Shown: positions 22,521 to 36,249, numbered from the stretch's first letter. The stretch: DNA of 64,000 nucleotides from Lama guanicoe (GCA_013239625.1 MU054117.1:2666011-2730010); one strand, 5' to 3'. Translations and numbers: made by a program. The notes: generated by a model from the sequence alone, not told the origin.

Positions 22521-23394
22521 CTGGGAGGCACGCGGGAGTGTCCTCTCGTGTCATCGTGTCACCCGCACAGGTAACTTAGCCTCCCCAGGCCTGTTTCGTC
22601 CCCTGTAACGTGGGGATAACCATGGGCCTCTGTGCGGGCTGTTGTGAAGCCTGAGAGTGGCAGCCATGTAAGCACTTGGCTGGGGGCCCTGCACAGGGTA
22701 GGCGGTTAGCAAGTGGCACCCCCACGGTCACTGCACATACGTGAACACAGACACGTGGGCACATGGGGGGCAGCCCGGAGCCCCTCAGGCCTAAGATGCA
22801 GTCTGGGCCCATGTCCCGCAGGCCCCCCGGCTCTAGCTGTGTGAGGGCCCGAGTCCACGTGCTCTGTGTCCCCCGGGGCCTCCAGCAGACGCCCAGTGCC
22901 GGCTCCCTTGCCTCCTGCTGTGCCCCCGTCCTCTCCAGGCCAGCGCGCTCCAGCCTCTCACTGACCGCAGGGGCCTGCGGGGTGTCGGGCTTGGTGCGCA
23001 AGGCTCCAGGGCAGGGATTCAGGCACAGCTCCCACGTGGGAGGGCCTCTGAGTGCAGAGACGGTGATGATCAGCAGGGCGTGTGCATGCCCGTGTGTACA
23101 CCGCGCCCTTGGCCACTACATTAGAGGTCACGAGCGCACTGGGAGCCGGGCCAGTCGGGGGGAGGTGGGTCCGGGGCCTCCTCGGCTGAACGAAGTTGCA
23201 GCTAGATCTCAGAGCCCCCCAGGCTCTTTTCTCGCTACTTGCCTATGTGTTCCCGCAAAAAGACCACGGCCTCAGGCCTTGGGGGTTCTGTGGACGCAGG
23301 ATGGAGCCAGGCCCACAGGGCGAGGGCGGGGTGGGTGGCAGGGAGCAGGGTCCAGGGTGGGCAGGTGGAGCTGCCTCAAATTCTCAGACATGGA

Positions 23395-23585
23395 ACCACC
23401 AGGATCCTGAGTCTTCTCTGCCATGATGGAAACGCTCTGTCTGTGCCATCCAGCTTGGTGGCTGCTAAACACATGTGGCTACTGGGCACTGCGATGTGGC
23501 CGGTGTGACCGAGGAGCTCAGTTTTACCTTTGATTTAGATGCAAGGAGCCAGTGTGGCTAGTGGCTGCCGGACTGGTCCGAGGTC
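23395..23585. mobile_element. MER3-like hAT DNA transposon
   Basis: gatggaaacgctctgtctgtg...cacatgtggctactgggcact...tgtggctagtggctgcc. Confidence 0.65.
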
Positions 23586-24125
23586 CCCTTGCCCCTCCCC
23601 TCCCTCTGACAGGACCATGGGCCTCACTAGACGAATCTGCTGAGTCTCTTCTGGGAAAGGAGAGACCACCTTTCTGTCCCCCGAGTTCTGGGGCGTCCTT
23701 ACAGCGGCTCTGCCGACATCCCTCTGCCTGCCCCATCTCACTCTCACCGAGCCTCACCGGCCAGCTCCGCAGGGAGGAAGGGGGCAGCCCTGCTGATGGG
23801 AGGAGCCGGATCCCAGCACAGCCGGCTCCTGCCCACCGGGCACCCAGGTGGGCAGGTCCTGGAGGTGGTGGTCAGGGGAGCCGTGGTGGAGGCGAGGGCA
23901 GAGGAGGAGGAAGGGAAGAACCAGGGCTCTGTAAGCACTTCCGTGGCAGGAGGGACTTGTACCTACGAGATCGTATTTAACGCTCACACACCCGTGAGGC
24001 TTCATTTCAGAGACATGGCAAGGGAAGCTCAGAGAAGGTGAGTGAACGCCCAGGGTCACACAGGCAGGAAGGGACAGAGGCAGGACCGAGGGCAGAGGCT
24101 TCAGGCCTGCAGGGCGGGTGCTTAC

Positions 24126-24230
24126 GTCCTGCTGCAGACGGTCCACGGAGGCCGTGATCTCGGCGGCGCCGGGCTGCCGGTAGTTCTCTGCCAGGGTCCG
24201 GGTCAAGTGCTGCCTTAGCTCATCGCTCAG
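24126..24230 (-). CDS. TSPAN11: Tetraspanin-11 coding exon 4 (large loop start)
   Basis: ctccag|CTG...GAC|gtaagc; 105 nt; LSDELRQHLTRTLAENYRQPGAAEITASVDRLQQD. Confidence 0.96.
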
Positions 24231-24530
24231 CTGGAGGGGGTGGTGGGGGGAGCAGCGTCAGCAGACCACCCACCCAATCCGGCCCCTAGGCCGCCCCAGC
24301 TACCCCAGAGCATGACTGGCTTGAATGGCTGGAGCGGAGGCCTCCTGCACGGTGACATGGGACCATGGGCGGGAGGCCACAAGGAAGGCGGGGCCCTGGA
24401 GATGGCGTTGCAGAGGTGGGGACCCGCGCTAAGGGCTGAGTGGCTGGCGGAGCCGGGAGACAGCAGGGGGACAGAAAGCTCAGAGCTGGTGGGACGGCAA
24501 GGCTGAGGCCAGGCACTGGGTGTTTAAATG

Positions 24531-24866
24531 CAGTTGTCTGTCCGTACGGCCGGGGGTGGGGTTCCAGGACCAGCGCGGACTTCCCGCGGATGCTCAAGTC
24601 CCTCATGTAGAGCCGGGCAGTATCTGATGCAGCTTACGGGCCTCTTCCTGCGTTCTTCCGAGTCATCTCTGGATTACGGATAATACCCAGTACAACGCCA
24701 ACGCTGCGTAACTCGTTGTGAATGCGGTGTCAATGCTACAGAAATACTTGCGTGTGGCAAGTTCAAGTTTTGCTTTTTGCAACTTTCTGAAACCGCTTTC
24801 TGAATATTTTGGGTCCACAGTCGGTTGAATCTGTGGATGTGCAACCCATGGAGACAGGGCTGACTG
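24531..24866 (+). mobile_element. MER2-like Tigger-family MITE, near full length
   Basis: cagttg...ggttccaggacc...cgcggatgctcaagtccct...ggttgaatctgtggatgtgcaacccatgga...gactg with degenerate terminal inverted repeats. Confidence 0.75.
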
Positions 24867-25190
24867 TGTCTGTTGATTTTCATTCTGATTACGAGGTGAT
24901 AGTCAAATTTACGATGGTTGTTCTGAGGGTGCCCGTCAGATGTGTGGGCGCTGGTGGGAAAGGACAGCGTGGTCACCTGTCTCTACCAGCCAAGTATCAC
25001 CCTGGGCGTGACCTCGAACCCTTGATCCACAGAGCACCTGGTGGGAGGGGACCTGACCACCTCATCTCGTCCAGCGCAGGAAGGTAGGGCTGGGACCGCC
25101 CTGCATGCCGCCGCCCCCCACCCCACGCACCCCTCCCCTGCTGCCCCTCCCGGGGGTGCTGACGGGGAGAGAGCAGGACGGTCCACTCAC

Positions 25191-25265
25191 CCTCTGGTAG
25201 TACAGGTGGGCCAGCACCCCCGCCACCAGCTCAACGAGGAAGATGACCAGCAACAGGGAGAAGTA
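25191..25265 (-). CDS. TSPAN11: Tetraspanin-11 coding exon 3 (TM3)
   Basis: ctcctag|TAC...AGG|gtgagt; 75 nt; YFSLLLVIFLVELVAGVLAHLYYQR. Confidence 0.96.
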
Positions 25266-25489
25266 CTAGGAGGGAGGAGAGAGGGCAGTCACCACGAGGT
25301 CCAGCCTGGGCGGGTGGGCAGACAGCCCTGCAGAACCTCAATGACAAACATCTCCCCAAAGCAGTGGGGGGCCCCATCTCTCACACCGTCCTCCCACTCT
25401 TCCCATCAGCTCTGGACACAACGGCCCCTGCTGGCTGCCGGCACGGAGCTCCTCACTCACCCCTTCGCACACTGGTCTGCTGTCAGCTT

Positions 25490-25770
25490 GTTACTCCATC
25501 CACCGGCCAGTATGCACTCAGCACCTACTGTGTGCAGGTGTGGTAAGTAAGGCAATGCTCACCCTCAACTATTGGTTGAGGGGACGGATGAGTAAGTGAT
25601 TACCACGTTGTTATAAATGGTAAAATTACGGGGCAAGCTCGAGGAGGCGGCCCTGGGTGGGGAAGGGCAGTCAGAGAGGGCTTCCTGGAGGAGGTGACAC
25701 CCAAGTGGCCTCTCTAAGGATGAGATGCCAGGTAGAGGAGGAGGGAAGCACAAACCAGGCACAGAGAAAG
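25490..25770 (-). mobile_element. L2 fragment
   Basis: cagcacctactgtgtgcagg...gagagggcttcctggaggaggtgac. Confidence 0.5.
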
Positions 25771-28700
25771 AACTTCCCACCCAACAGCAAGGCTTCCTTT
25801 CACATAGACATCTTTCTGGGCCCCACCACTCCCAGCATCAGAGCTGCCACCAGCGGGGGAGCAAGAAGCGTCCCCAGTCTCTGCATAGCGGGGGCAGGCT
25901 AGCCCTGAGAGTGCATGTGGAGGTCCCTGATGCCCGTCCCCTTCCTATCCCAAGCTCAGTGCTGCCTCAGGAAAGGCCTGCCTGTCCGAGCTCTGTCCGT
26001 TCCCCACCAGGGCCAGGCGTCCCCAGCCTTGTCTGGGCGAGGATGCAGAGACGGCTGGATGTGGTGGGGTGTGGAGTCCACAGTGGCCTTGGACACCTGT
26101 GTGGGCTCTGGATGGAGGCTGGGGGCTGTCTGCATGGGGTTCTCCAGGCTCCTAGGCACCTGGATGACGTCTAGAAGTGGGGAAGGGAGTTGCAGGTTCC
26201 ATGAGGGCACATTCTGGGGCCCCGTGGGCTTTTCCTGCCACAGGGAGGAGTCTGGATGAAGGAGAGCTGGTGGGGCCCTGGGCAGGGCCGCATGTGCCTC
26301 TGTCCACAGAAGCTGAATGGGGTTCGGAGGAGCTAAGCAGGAGGCTGCCAAGAGGCCTGTGGATGGGCCCTCTCTGCGCGAGGAGCCACTGGGATACAGG
26401 CCCTGAAGACCTGAACAGCGGCTGGGGATGCCAGCAGCCGGGGTTCGCGTCCAGGCTCAGCCACTGGCTGGCTCTGGATGGGGGGGGGGCACCGGCACCT
26501 CGGTGTGAATTAGGACACGAGGCTCGGGGATCTGGGTGCGCCAGAATCAGCCTTCCGGTCCCCTGTGCACAACGCGGCCACAGCCATGCCCAGAGGCTGG
26601 GATTACGGCAGCCTCACCTCACCCAGGGGGTGAGAGGCCCCAGCGAGAGGGGAACCGGGCTTCACGGGGGCCTGACCTGCTTCCTGCTCCCGGAGCTCAC
26701 GGGCAACAGCAGTCGGACCCGTCAGCGGGCAGGAGGCTCCGTCACTCAGGCCAGGTCGTCACCCTCCTGGGAGCTGCCCGGCCCACGGAGCGGAGCATGG
26801 CTGCAGTGACACACACCGCGGGCGCCAGGAACGTGCCTGGCCCCCAGCTCTTCTGACACCCCCTGCACTCCCCTGCCCTGCCCGGTATGGAGGCCGCTTT
26901 CCTGCCGCAGAGGACCCTGCGTGCCGTGACTGCCACTCGCTCCCTGGGCCTCCCGGGTACACACCGTGCGCCCTCGGTCAGTCTCGGGGAGGGAGAGATG
27001 GAGCGCCTGTGAGTGAATGGGGGTCGCTGGCCATATGGCGGGGAGGGCAGCCCTGGCCACCTTCCTTCTGCGGGGGGCGGGGGGCTCTTCTCCGTCATGG
27101 CTGAGCTGCAAAACACGCAGGAGGGTGGCCCTGACGTGCAGGGTCGTGCTGCTGCCGGGGAGGTCGCGGCCATGGTGGCTACTGAAGCCCCTGGGGAGGA
27201 GGGTTGGTGGGGAGGGGGAGGACCCAGCCACATCCCTAAAGTCACAGGAGGCTAAATTAGCACCTGCCAGCCCCTCAAAACCGTTCCAAGGCTTCAAACA
27301 GGTGTCAAACGGGCCACCCCACCTGCCGGAGCTGTCAGGAGGGGAAGTGTCCCCGGAGGCTGTCATGCTCCCTCCCACCCAGGAGCTCTGGCTGTAAAGA
27401 CACCTTCGGGAGGGGAGTGAGGGTCAGGATGGGCTCTGGGGGGGCCCAAGGCGGGTGCCAGGGAGTGGACGGCTGTGTGCTCGCTGGGCATGGTTACCGG
27501 CTCCAGGCAGCAGCTTCAGCCTCGGGAGGGCTGCAGGTGTGTGACTCACCTGTGCGGGGGAGGCCTGAATCACAGCTCAGGGTGACAGCCCCTGGGAGGC
27601 AGGGGAAAGGTCATGTTCATTGGGATCCTCCCGCACTGGGATGCTGGCTGCCTGGCTTCTGGGGCTAGGGCATCGGGGCCAGGCAAGCCAGGTGTCCGGC
27701 TGGTGCCCCTCCTGGGAAGGCCCTGACCCTTCACACCTGTGCTGGGTTCACAGCCGCGGCTCCGATGCCCACGTCCGTCCCCTTCACTTTACTCAGCCCA
27801 GCCTGGTCCCCATGACTATGCACAGCTGGGTTATGCTGTCTGCGTACACAGTGTCTGTCTTCGTCTCTGCTGGCCCTGCCTGGGTTCACTGCCCGGATCA
27901 CGTCTACATTGTGCAGCGGTGAGCTTGGGCAGGGCTTCCAGAAGGCCCTCCCTCACCTGACCACGACCTTGTGGCCCACGGCCTTCCCCCACCCACACAC
28001 TTCCTCCAGCTCGGCCAAGGCTCCTCTGTGGTGTCCTCACAGCGGACCTCCAGCACCGCCAGTGCCCTGCTGCTTCACCGCCACTTCTGAGGGGACCAGG
28101 TGGCAGGCAGCCAGGTAACCAGCCCCCGCTCGTCACCTCAGATCTTCCTTTCTCACCTGGGATGCCAACACTGGTCCCGTGTCGCAAGAAGGCCAGTGGC
28201 CACTCCCTGCGTGGGAGGCACCGGTGAGGGTGGGCGGGACAGAGCCGGCTGGGCAGCAGATGGGCCTGGGCCGAGCCTGGGTGGCGGCCGGCCTGTGCAG
28301 CTCCTGGCTCAGGACAGGGTGGGGAGTTCACCCCAGCGCCGCCTGGCAGCCTGAAGCCAAGTAAGGTCAGCGAGGAGGAGGCTGATGGGGAGGGCCCGCA
28401 GGGGCTGCAGAGGAAGGGGTCACATCCATCGGACCACTGCGTGCGGTCCTGGCGCAGGGGCACAGCCGACATCAGCCCAGGGCCTCTCTCGTGTGGCCGG
28501 ACTGGACCCCGCTGGGCCCAGGTGACCACGTGGGATGAGGACGGCTCATGGGGACGTTCAGACCCTGCTTCCCGAAGAGCCAGGCCCGAGACTCTTGCCC
28601 ACTCCCTGCTCCAAGCCACACAGACGACGAGAGGCCCCCTCATTCTGAAGGAGCAGAATTGGGGCTCCCCTAGCCCTGGCTGCAGGATGCTTTCCTCTGA

Positions 28701-31700
28701 CTCACGTGGGCAGTGACCCAAAGATCAAAGTGCCACCAACAGACCAGGCTATGACCACCCTGGCTGGGTGGCCCATGGGGCTGCGACAAAGGAACGTGTG
28801 GGTGAGAAATGAGCCTGGGGAGGACATGGTCAAAACCCCAGGGAACGGGGACCTAGACACCCTCCGTGCCCCCTCCGTGACCAGCTTCCACAGAGGCGGT
28901 GGCCCGGCCCAGCTCTGGGGGCCCTGGGAGTCGCGGCCCTGAGAGTACCTTGCTCCATGTATTTAGGCTCCCTCTCCGAGGAGCTGGTGCTGGTGATGTA
29001 AATGGTAATTATAGCCACATGTTGTGATCTTTATATAATGTGGTGACTCGTTTCGCAAGACCTAAAATACTTCCCTGTCTCCCCACACCTCACCCCCGCG
29101 GGGAGACGGGGACACCAAGGTGGTCACGAGTGGCCGAGCGACTTCGTGGAGGTCCCAGAGCCAGCTGCGCAGGCGGCCCTGCAACCGGCTTTGAGCCGCG
29201 ATCCCCGATTCCAGCCCTACTGCCCGGGTTAGCCGAGTCCGGGTGCATGCGGCGGAGGCGTTGCCATCCGGGGCCCCTCATTTTCATAAACTGGTTCTAG
29301 AACTTCCTCCTTTTAATCCATCCCCTAAATATAAAAGAGCCCCGAACAAAGGCCCAGCATAGCCTCAACCATCCGACCTAATCTTCATTTGGCTGAAGAT
29401 GTGAAAGTTTTCAGAGCCCCTATTTGAAACTCTAAAAATAGCCCTTCCTTTTGATCAGGGTGGCATCTGTCCTGCTCATCGGTCTCAGGCCGAGATGGCC
29501 CGAATTATCGGCTCTCACGCAGCTTGCGCTAAAAAAGAAGAGCTGGTGTGAATAATTCAAAGCCCGCTCCCTCTCGCCTTTGCGGGTTCCCGACTCCGCG
29601 CTGATGGTCACTTCAGCACCGGCGAGGCTGTGCTATTCCTGTCCCTGAGGAGCGCTTCCTTCTCGGGAAAGTGACCTTGAGGGCCTGCTGGAGGAGGGGC
29701 TGGGGCCGGGACAGACACGGGGCCTGGGAGAGCTGGGCCGGCCTGGCCGGGCAGCTCACGGGAACTTTGATGCCAGGCCCCTCCCTCCTCCTGATCCAAG
29801 CTGGACGCACATCATTCAGAGCCTGGCCTTTCATCTTCCCCCTCCTCTTCAGGGACCACTTTGTACAGAGCCAGACTCACTGCATCTCTCCTTTGGAGTT
29901 TTCTTCAGCCTTTGGCTGATGAAAGATTTCAAAAGAAGTCAGACACGGAGGGGAAACAAGAAATGAGACCAGGAACCTCCAGGAACCGCAGAGCACTTTC
30001 AAGCTGCCTTAAGCACCCCACTTGCCTCTAAATGGGAGCCCAGGTTTTAAGATTCCTCCTTGTATGAACCCAAGGAAAGCCTTTTTTTACAGCCATCTTC
30101 TTGGTGTGAACGGTCAGCTGCTCGGTAACTCGGGGGCTGACGGGCCAGCATGGAGATCACTCAGAATCCGCCCCGACCTGTGTTCTGTCCTTGGGCTGGT
30201 CCCGCCTTTGGTTCTTTCAGGGGATGGGCAGGGAAAAGCAAAGGAAGAAGGTTCTAGGCTTCGAGGTGTGCTCTCTGTGAGCCCCGTCCCCACACTCCTG
30301 GGTGGGCAGCTGTGCGTGCGTGTGTGTGTGCGTGTGTGTGTGTGCGCGTGCGTCCACAGGTGCACTTTCTCCTAACCTTTCAAGCTGACGCCTCCCTAAA
30401 GAGTCTGGTTAGTCATGCTGGACTACAGGCCATCGGTTCTGTGTGGGGTGGAGGTGAACGCGGTCGGCGGAGGTGGGGAGCTGAGGAGAAGGACCAGCCT
30501 GTCCTGAGTAATCCGGCTGCACCCCAGCCCTGCCTCCAGGCCTAGGGGATGAGACGGTCTCTCCCTCTGTGGACCCTCCGAAGCTCAGAAGGGCGGGGAG
30601 AGAGGTGTGCACTGGCCAGGCCGCGTCCCCGGCCTTCGTGAGTCAGTGTCCACACCTTCCTGCACAGCCCCGGGCACAGGGCTGGACCCCTGGGCGGGCC
30701 TCAGGCCAGCGATGGTCAGGCTGTGACTGGGGAGGCTGGGGACGTGTTTCCTTACCGGCGCAGCCCAGAGGGTGGGACAGGTCTTGCAAATGGACCGCCT
30801 AAGAAGGGGAGGCTGAGGTCAGTGCTGGGAGGGCCGAACCCTGGGCTTCTCTGGTCTCTGAGACCGGTGAGAGGAAGCACCCTCACGGCTGGACAGCCCT
30901 CTGAAACGGCCCCCGATACCGAGCACCCCAGTGATGCCGAGGTGACTGGCCCACGCTGGCCCCCAGGGTCCTGCAGCCCCTTGGAGGGAGTGTTGGGACT
31001 GATGGCCCGAGCTCCCCTCTAGGCTGGATGGGCTCCGCCCGTGCGCAGTTACTTCCGCATTGTACCACGAGAGCGGGGGCGCCCAGGTCGCACCCCATCT
31101 CCTGCCCCGGGGTCTGGCTGGGCCCTGTGGGAGCCTGTCTGCACCCCCCGATCTCCGAGGGCAGCCGCTCTACGCAGGCCCCACAGACGCAGAGGACAGC
31201 GTCTCCTCTCGGGCCCTCCACCCCGCCTCCAGCAGGCTTGGGCTCCACGGGTGGCGCGGATTCCTGGAGGTGATTCTAACGGAGTGGAATCCACGAGGCA
31301 GCTCCAGCCCTCACGGGGCCCACATGCCCCAGACCAGCGTCCTCGCCCATCTGCTGGGGGTGAATCATGCCTTCTGGAGGCAGTGCTGGGCTGCCGATGG
31401 GAGCCTGGGCCTGGGGCCTGCCACTCACCAGCAGGGTGAGCTTGGGCCGCTGGCCTAACCTCTCTGCACCCCAGCGTCCTCACCTGTCAAAGGGAGGGCT
31501 GGCACCAGCACCAAAGGCATTTGGAACAGGACTTGGTGCACAGAGGTCACGACTGTGGTGACTTTTCAGGGCTGTCGCCGTAAGGATGGGGGGAGGTGGG
31601 TCCCCACGTTGTAACTGCACCCTGCATGGAAAGCAGGGGTCCGCTTCCCTGGCTGCAGGGGGCCCCAGGCCTTAGGGCTCCTTTAGAACCAAGAGAGAGG

Positions 31701-32689
31701 GCTCTGAGTGTGAAGGAAGACCTGGCAGCCTGCCTCCGGGCCCAGAGGGCTCAGCCTGAGACCAGATGCCAAAGCAAAAGCCCCACTTCCTACGGGAGCA
31801 GGGCTGAGCAGGGCAAAGGTGGGGTGGGACTGGTTTTCTCTCTGGGCTCAGCAGCCCTGTAAGCCTCAGTCCCCTAAGGGCTGGACCTCTTCCCCTGCCA
31901 CCCACATGTCCGGCCCCTCAGTCACGTGTCCTCATTCAGCGCACACTGGCCAGATGAGGGTGTCACACAGGCTCCCAGGATGGCTGGCGGGGACAGGCTG
32001 GCTCAGGGAACACCTGTCCTACTGCTGGAAAGAGAGCTCACAACAAACCCATGCTCTGGTGGCCGGTCCCTGTGGGCCTTGACTCGCCGGCACCACCACC
32101 CCCGTGGCCCGCACCTCGGCTTCACTGTCCCTGAGAGCAGGATGAAGGGCTTTTTCTAGGCAGGGGAGAGCTACCCCGCTGAGCCTGCACACAGACGCTG
32201 TTGCGCGCGGAGCTAAAAACTAGGCCATGGCTGGCGAGAGAGGCTGTGGGGCACGGTCCCTCCAGCGCCGACATGTCCCTGGCCGCGTCGGCGGTGGGCC
32301 CGGGAAGCGGGGTAGGGGAGGCGCAGCCCCTCAAGGCTTCTTCCCACCACCCGACTCCTCTCAGGCTTAACCCGGTCTCTCACCGAGACTCAGACTGAGC
32401 CCACCCTGGCTTTTCCTCTCTAAGTCCGGGTGCTCTGTAGCCTCTGCCCGCACTGGCTTGTTGCTGAGGAGGAGATTAAGGGAGCCGGCCCGGGGACAGG
32501 TGCACGGAGGCAGAGTCGGGGCTGGAGTCCTGCCCCTGCGAGCGCGGCCCTGACCTCTCCTGACACTCGGAGCCAGTGGTGGGGGGTCCCCCCGTCTCCC
32601 CAGCTTCCCAGGGGAACGTCCGTCAAGGAGCCTTGCTGCCCACAGCACCCATGAAACACCTGCCCAAACAAACACACCTGAGTCTGATC

Positions 32690-33236
32690 AAGCTCTCAGT
32701 CCAACTCCCAGAACACGCTGGACGGCACTAGAAAGGCCAGGCTGACAGTAAAGGACAAACGACCTGGTTCCTTCAACACATTAATTGCAAGGAAAAAAAG
32801 AGAAATTGATGGGGGCGCTCAGAGACTAAGAGACCTGGGAGGCAAGCCGACCAACTTTAATGCAGAGACCTCATTTAGATTCTGACTCAAAGACACTGAA
32901 AAAAAATAAAGAGGAGTTTATGGGTCGATTGGGGAAATCTGAAACTGCCTGGTTATTTCATTTAAGAATGTCCTTTGTTTTTAGGTGTGACACGGTCTTG
33001 TCACTACCTTTGCTAAAAAAAAGGATGCTGAAGTTCTCGAGGTTCACTGTGAAATATGTACAGACGACGTGATATTTGGGATGTTGGGGTTGGGGCTGGG
33101 TGGGGGCAGGTGAACAGGACTGGCTCTGAGATGACACCAGAGCCGTCTGGCTCTGGGTGACAGACGGACGGACGTGGAGATTCATTATCAGATTCTTTTC
33201 ATTTTTGCATATTTTTGAAAATCATTGAGATAAAAT
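32690..33236 (+). mobile_element. Old L1 (L1MC-like) 3' end
   Basis: aggacaaacgacctggttccttcaaca..., tttttaggtgtga..., ggagattcattatcagattcttttcatttttgcatatttttgaaa. Confidence 0.6.
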
Positions 33237-33531
33237 CTGGACAGAGAAAGAGGAGTAAGAAGGAGGAGGGAGAGAAGAGGAGGGGGAGGAGGAGGAAGAG
33301 CAGACCTGCCACCACCACCAAGATGCCCTCCTGGCTTACATCTCAAGCACCTGGAGACCCTGGCAAACAGCGGACCCCCGGGCGGCCACCCCTCCTTCCC
33401 CAGCTTTCCTCAGGCCTCAGAGGCCAGGGCCACTGTCACTTGCCAGAACTTTCAGCACCGAAACCTGATTGGCTGAGCAGGTGGCCCTCCCTCCGCCCAT
33501 GGCGCTGGGCCGGGCTGGGCAGTGCACTCAC

Positions 33532-33723
33532 TGTGGAGAGGCAGCTCCGGTCCTCACGGATGACGGCGCCGAAGCCCAGGAAGCCAGTCGCCATGACGAG
33601 GGCGCCCGCGAAGATGAGGATGTAGGCGGAGGCGGCGAAGGTGCTGGAGGCCAGGACACTGAGGTAGCCGCTCTTCTCCACCAGGGTCCAGACGCCCACG
33701 GCCATGACGGCGGCGCCCCCCAC
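33532..33723 (-). CDS. TSPAN11: Tetraspanin-11 coding exon 2 (TM1 end to TM2)
   Basis: cctgcag|GTG...ACA|gtgagt; 192 nt; VGGAAVMAVGVWTLVEKSGYLSVLASSTFAASAYILIFAGALVMATGFLGFGAVIREDRSCLST. Confidence 0.96.
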
Positions 33724-34175
33724 CTGCAGGAAACCAGTCTGAGCACCCACTACGTACCGGGCACCTTTCCGGTGTCACCACGTGTAGTCCTTCGAGGAGC
33801 CCATGGGAAGATCTGGGTGCCCATTTTGGAGAGGGGAAAATGGAGGCTTGTCTGTGGTCGGGGGAGAAGCAGGGACAGAGTCTGAATCCAGCTCTGACTC
33901 CCAGCCCCCTGCTTCCCACCACGACGCCCTCGCGTCCCTGTCGTGAGGCCCCCGAGATGGGAGGGACGCGTGCCCGCAGGCTGGAGTCACTCTGGGAGGG
34001 CAGGGGACTGTGTGGGAGGGGAGGTTCCCTCCTTGCTGATTGTCTGAGCCTCTCAGCCCTGAGCAGGGGCAGGTCCCGGGCTGCGTCCTCAGGGAGGGAC
34101 CCTGGGAAATTCAGCTGCCCCGCTCCCTCTGCAGCGAGGCTGAATGCCTCTTCCTGTGGCTGTTACGCTGGGCAG

Positions 34176-34270
34176 AGTGTGTGTGTGTGCATGTGAGTGT
34201 GTGCACGTGTGCATGTGAGCATGCACGCGCGTGTGTGTGAGTGCATGTGCGCACATGTGTGCATGTGTGT
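34176..34270. repeat. Imperfect (TG)n/(TGCA)n simple repeat
   Basis: gtgtgtgtgtgtgcatgtgagtgtgtgcacgtgtgcatgtg...; similar tracts at 20310-20510, 30311-30352 and 43356-43390. Confidence 0.85.
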
Positions 34271-36249
34271 CCTCAAGGTGCCAGACAGAGAGCATCAGGG
34301 GAGTCTGCCCAGGGTGGAGGAGCAGGACCCCGGGACCTGTGACTTCCATCGGGCCCCCAGTCTCCCCGCCTCTTCTGAGGATGAGTTTTTCTCAGATGGC
34401 GGCTGCTGCTGCCTCAGGGGGTCTGAGTGTGGCCAAAGCTGAGAGGCCCCACTGAGCTTGGCCCACACGTGCTGTCCCTGCAAGGAGCTCTCACTGCCCC
34501 GATGACCCCGCATAACGGGCCCGGCCACTGCGCGGTCACCAGCTGGGCGGACGGAGGCTCCTGAGCCGTGACTGCCCCGGGCGCCTACGCCGCTTGGCCT
34601 TTTGTGTTCCCCTCCCAGCTCTGCGGTAGTCCCAGAGGCCTGAGCGCACACCTTCTGTTTTGCACACAAAGAAATTGAGGTTGGGGAGAATAAGGAGGGG
34701 CTCAAGAAGACGCCCATGGAGCCTCAGGGCTGAGATTCGAACCCAGCTCTGCCAGGGCCAGTCCAGGCCTCTGTCCTGGGAGCCCACACTCCGGGCGGGC
34801 CTGCTCCGCTACCCGCTTCTGTGGCTTAGATAAATCTGCTTTCTTCTAAGGGCCGTTCTCTGTCCCTTAGCACCTCCAGCAGGCAGGAGAAGCAGGTGGA
34901 AGGACCCCGCACGCTGTGCCACAGCCTCCGTCCCACGAGGCAGCTCTGCCCTCACATTTTAGCATCTCTCAAGCTGAGATGCAGCTCCTGATGAACGGCA
35001 CCCTAGCGCCAGGCGGGGCGGCACTCTACCCAGAGGCACAGAGGACACCAGTGCATCTTACGAGAGGCGGTGTCTTGGATTCGATGAATCCCGGACTTTG
35101 GGAGGCTTTCCGGTTCTCTGTGAGCCTGGGCCATCTCTGGCCACACAACCTCCAGGACCCGTGAGAAATTTCGTGCATCTGGGTCAACGGGATTGTGTCA
35201 AGGTAGGTTTCCAGCAAAACATTCTGCATCTGTTCTAATTCTGTCCGTAGAGCATGGCTGGGAGGCTGGGTGAGAGCCTCAACTGTGCATAACCAGCTAT
35301 GTGACCTGAAAATAGTCCCTTAAACTCTCTGGGCCTAAGTTTCTTCATCTCTCAAATAAGGCGGGTGTATCAGACCAGTGGTTCCCAACCCGTAACCACC
35401 AAGGACCCCTTTGATTCCTTTTTCCCATGGATCTTAGGTTTTGAGGGCTTTTGCCGACCAAATACAGTGCATTAAGTAATAATTCATTTCTCATTTTTTA
35501 TTAATCAAAGGCGTATGATAGCGCAAAGAAGAGATCCTGAGCAGCATGAGATGTCATGTGGCTACACGGGGTGGATCTAACTTTTAATGGGTGCAGAGTC
35601 TTTATAGAAATATGTACATTGTCCATTATCCACTGCGCTTGTCGACCGCACAGCCTTAGCATCGGACCTGGGGCCACAGAAGGGGCGGGTCTGGACGGCA
35701 CTGGGGACACTAAGTCTGCTGGGGCCATGGAGCCCGCTGAGGCTCTGATAAGAGGCTTTGGACACGTTGTCCAGAGAAACATCATTCACATAAAATAACA
35801 CGTTCAGGTTTGGGGTCTGAGGCCTAACCTTGCACCTGGGGCCCTGTCCACCTCACTCTCTCTAAGGCAGAGCGTCTCAGCCAGGATGCACCACCCCGGG
35901 GACCTCTGAACACCCCCCAGGTGACAGGGCTCTCTGGGAGAGGGACCAGGCACCGATATTTTACCAGTTCCCAGGTGGTTCCAGCTGAGAACTACTGTAT
36001 GGTTTCCTAGTTAACAGGGGCCAGAGTGTCTCATCCCCCAGCAGGCCGGACCCCAAGGTCACACCCAATCCCTGGCCCCCGGCCTGGAGGCTCCTGATGG
36101 CTCGGGACTGAACGCCCTCCCTTCCCCCTCTGTGTCAGGGTGCTGGCTTCGGCAGGTTTCACGTCCTTCAGGGGGAGTCCTGCTAGGGACCTGCTGCTCT
36201 TTAGGAAACGATCTTTCCTCTGGACAGGAGTCAAAGCTGCCCAAGGCCG

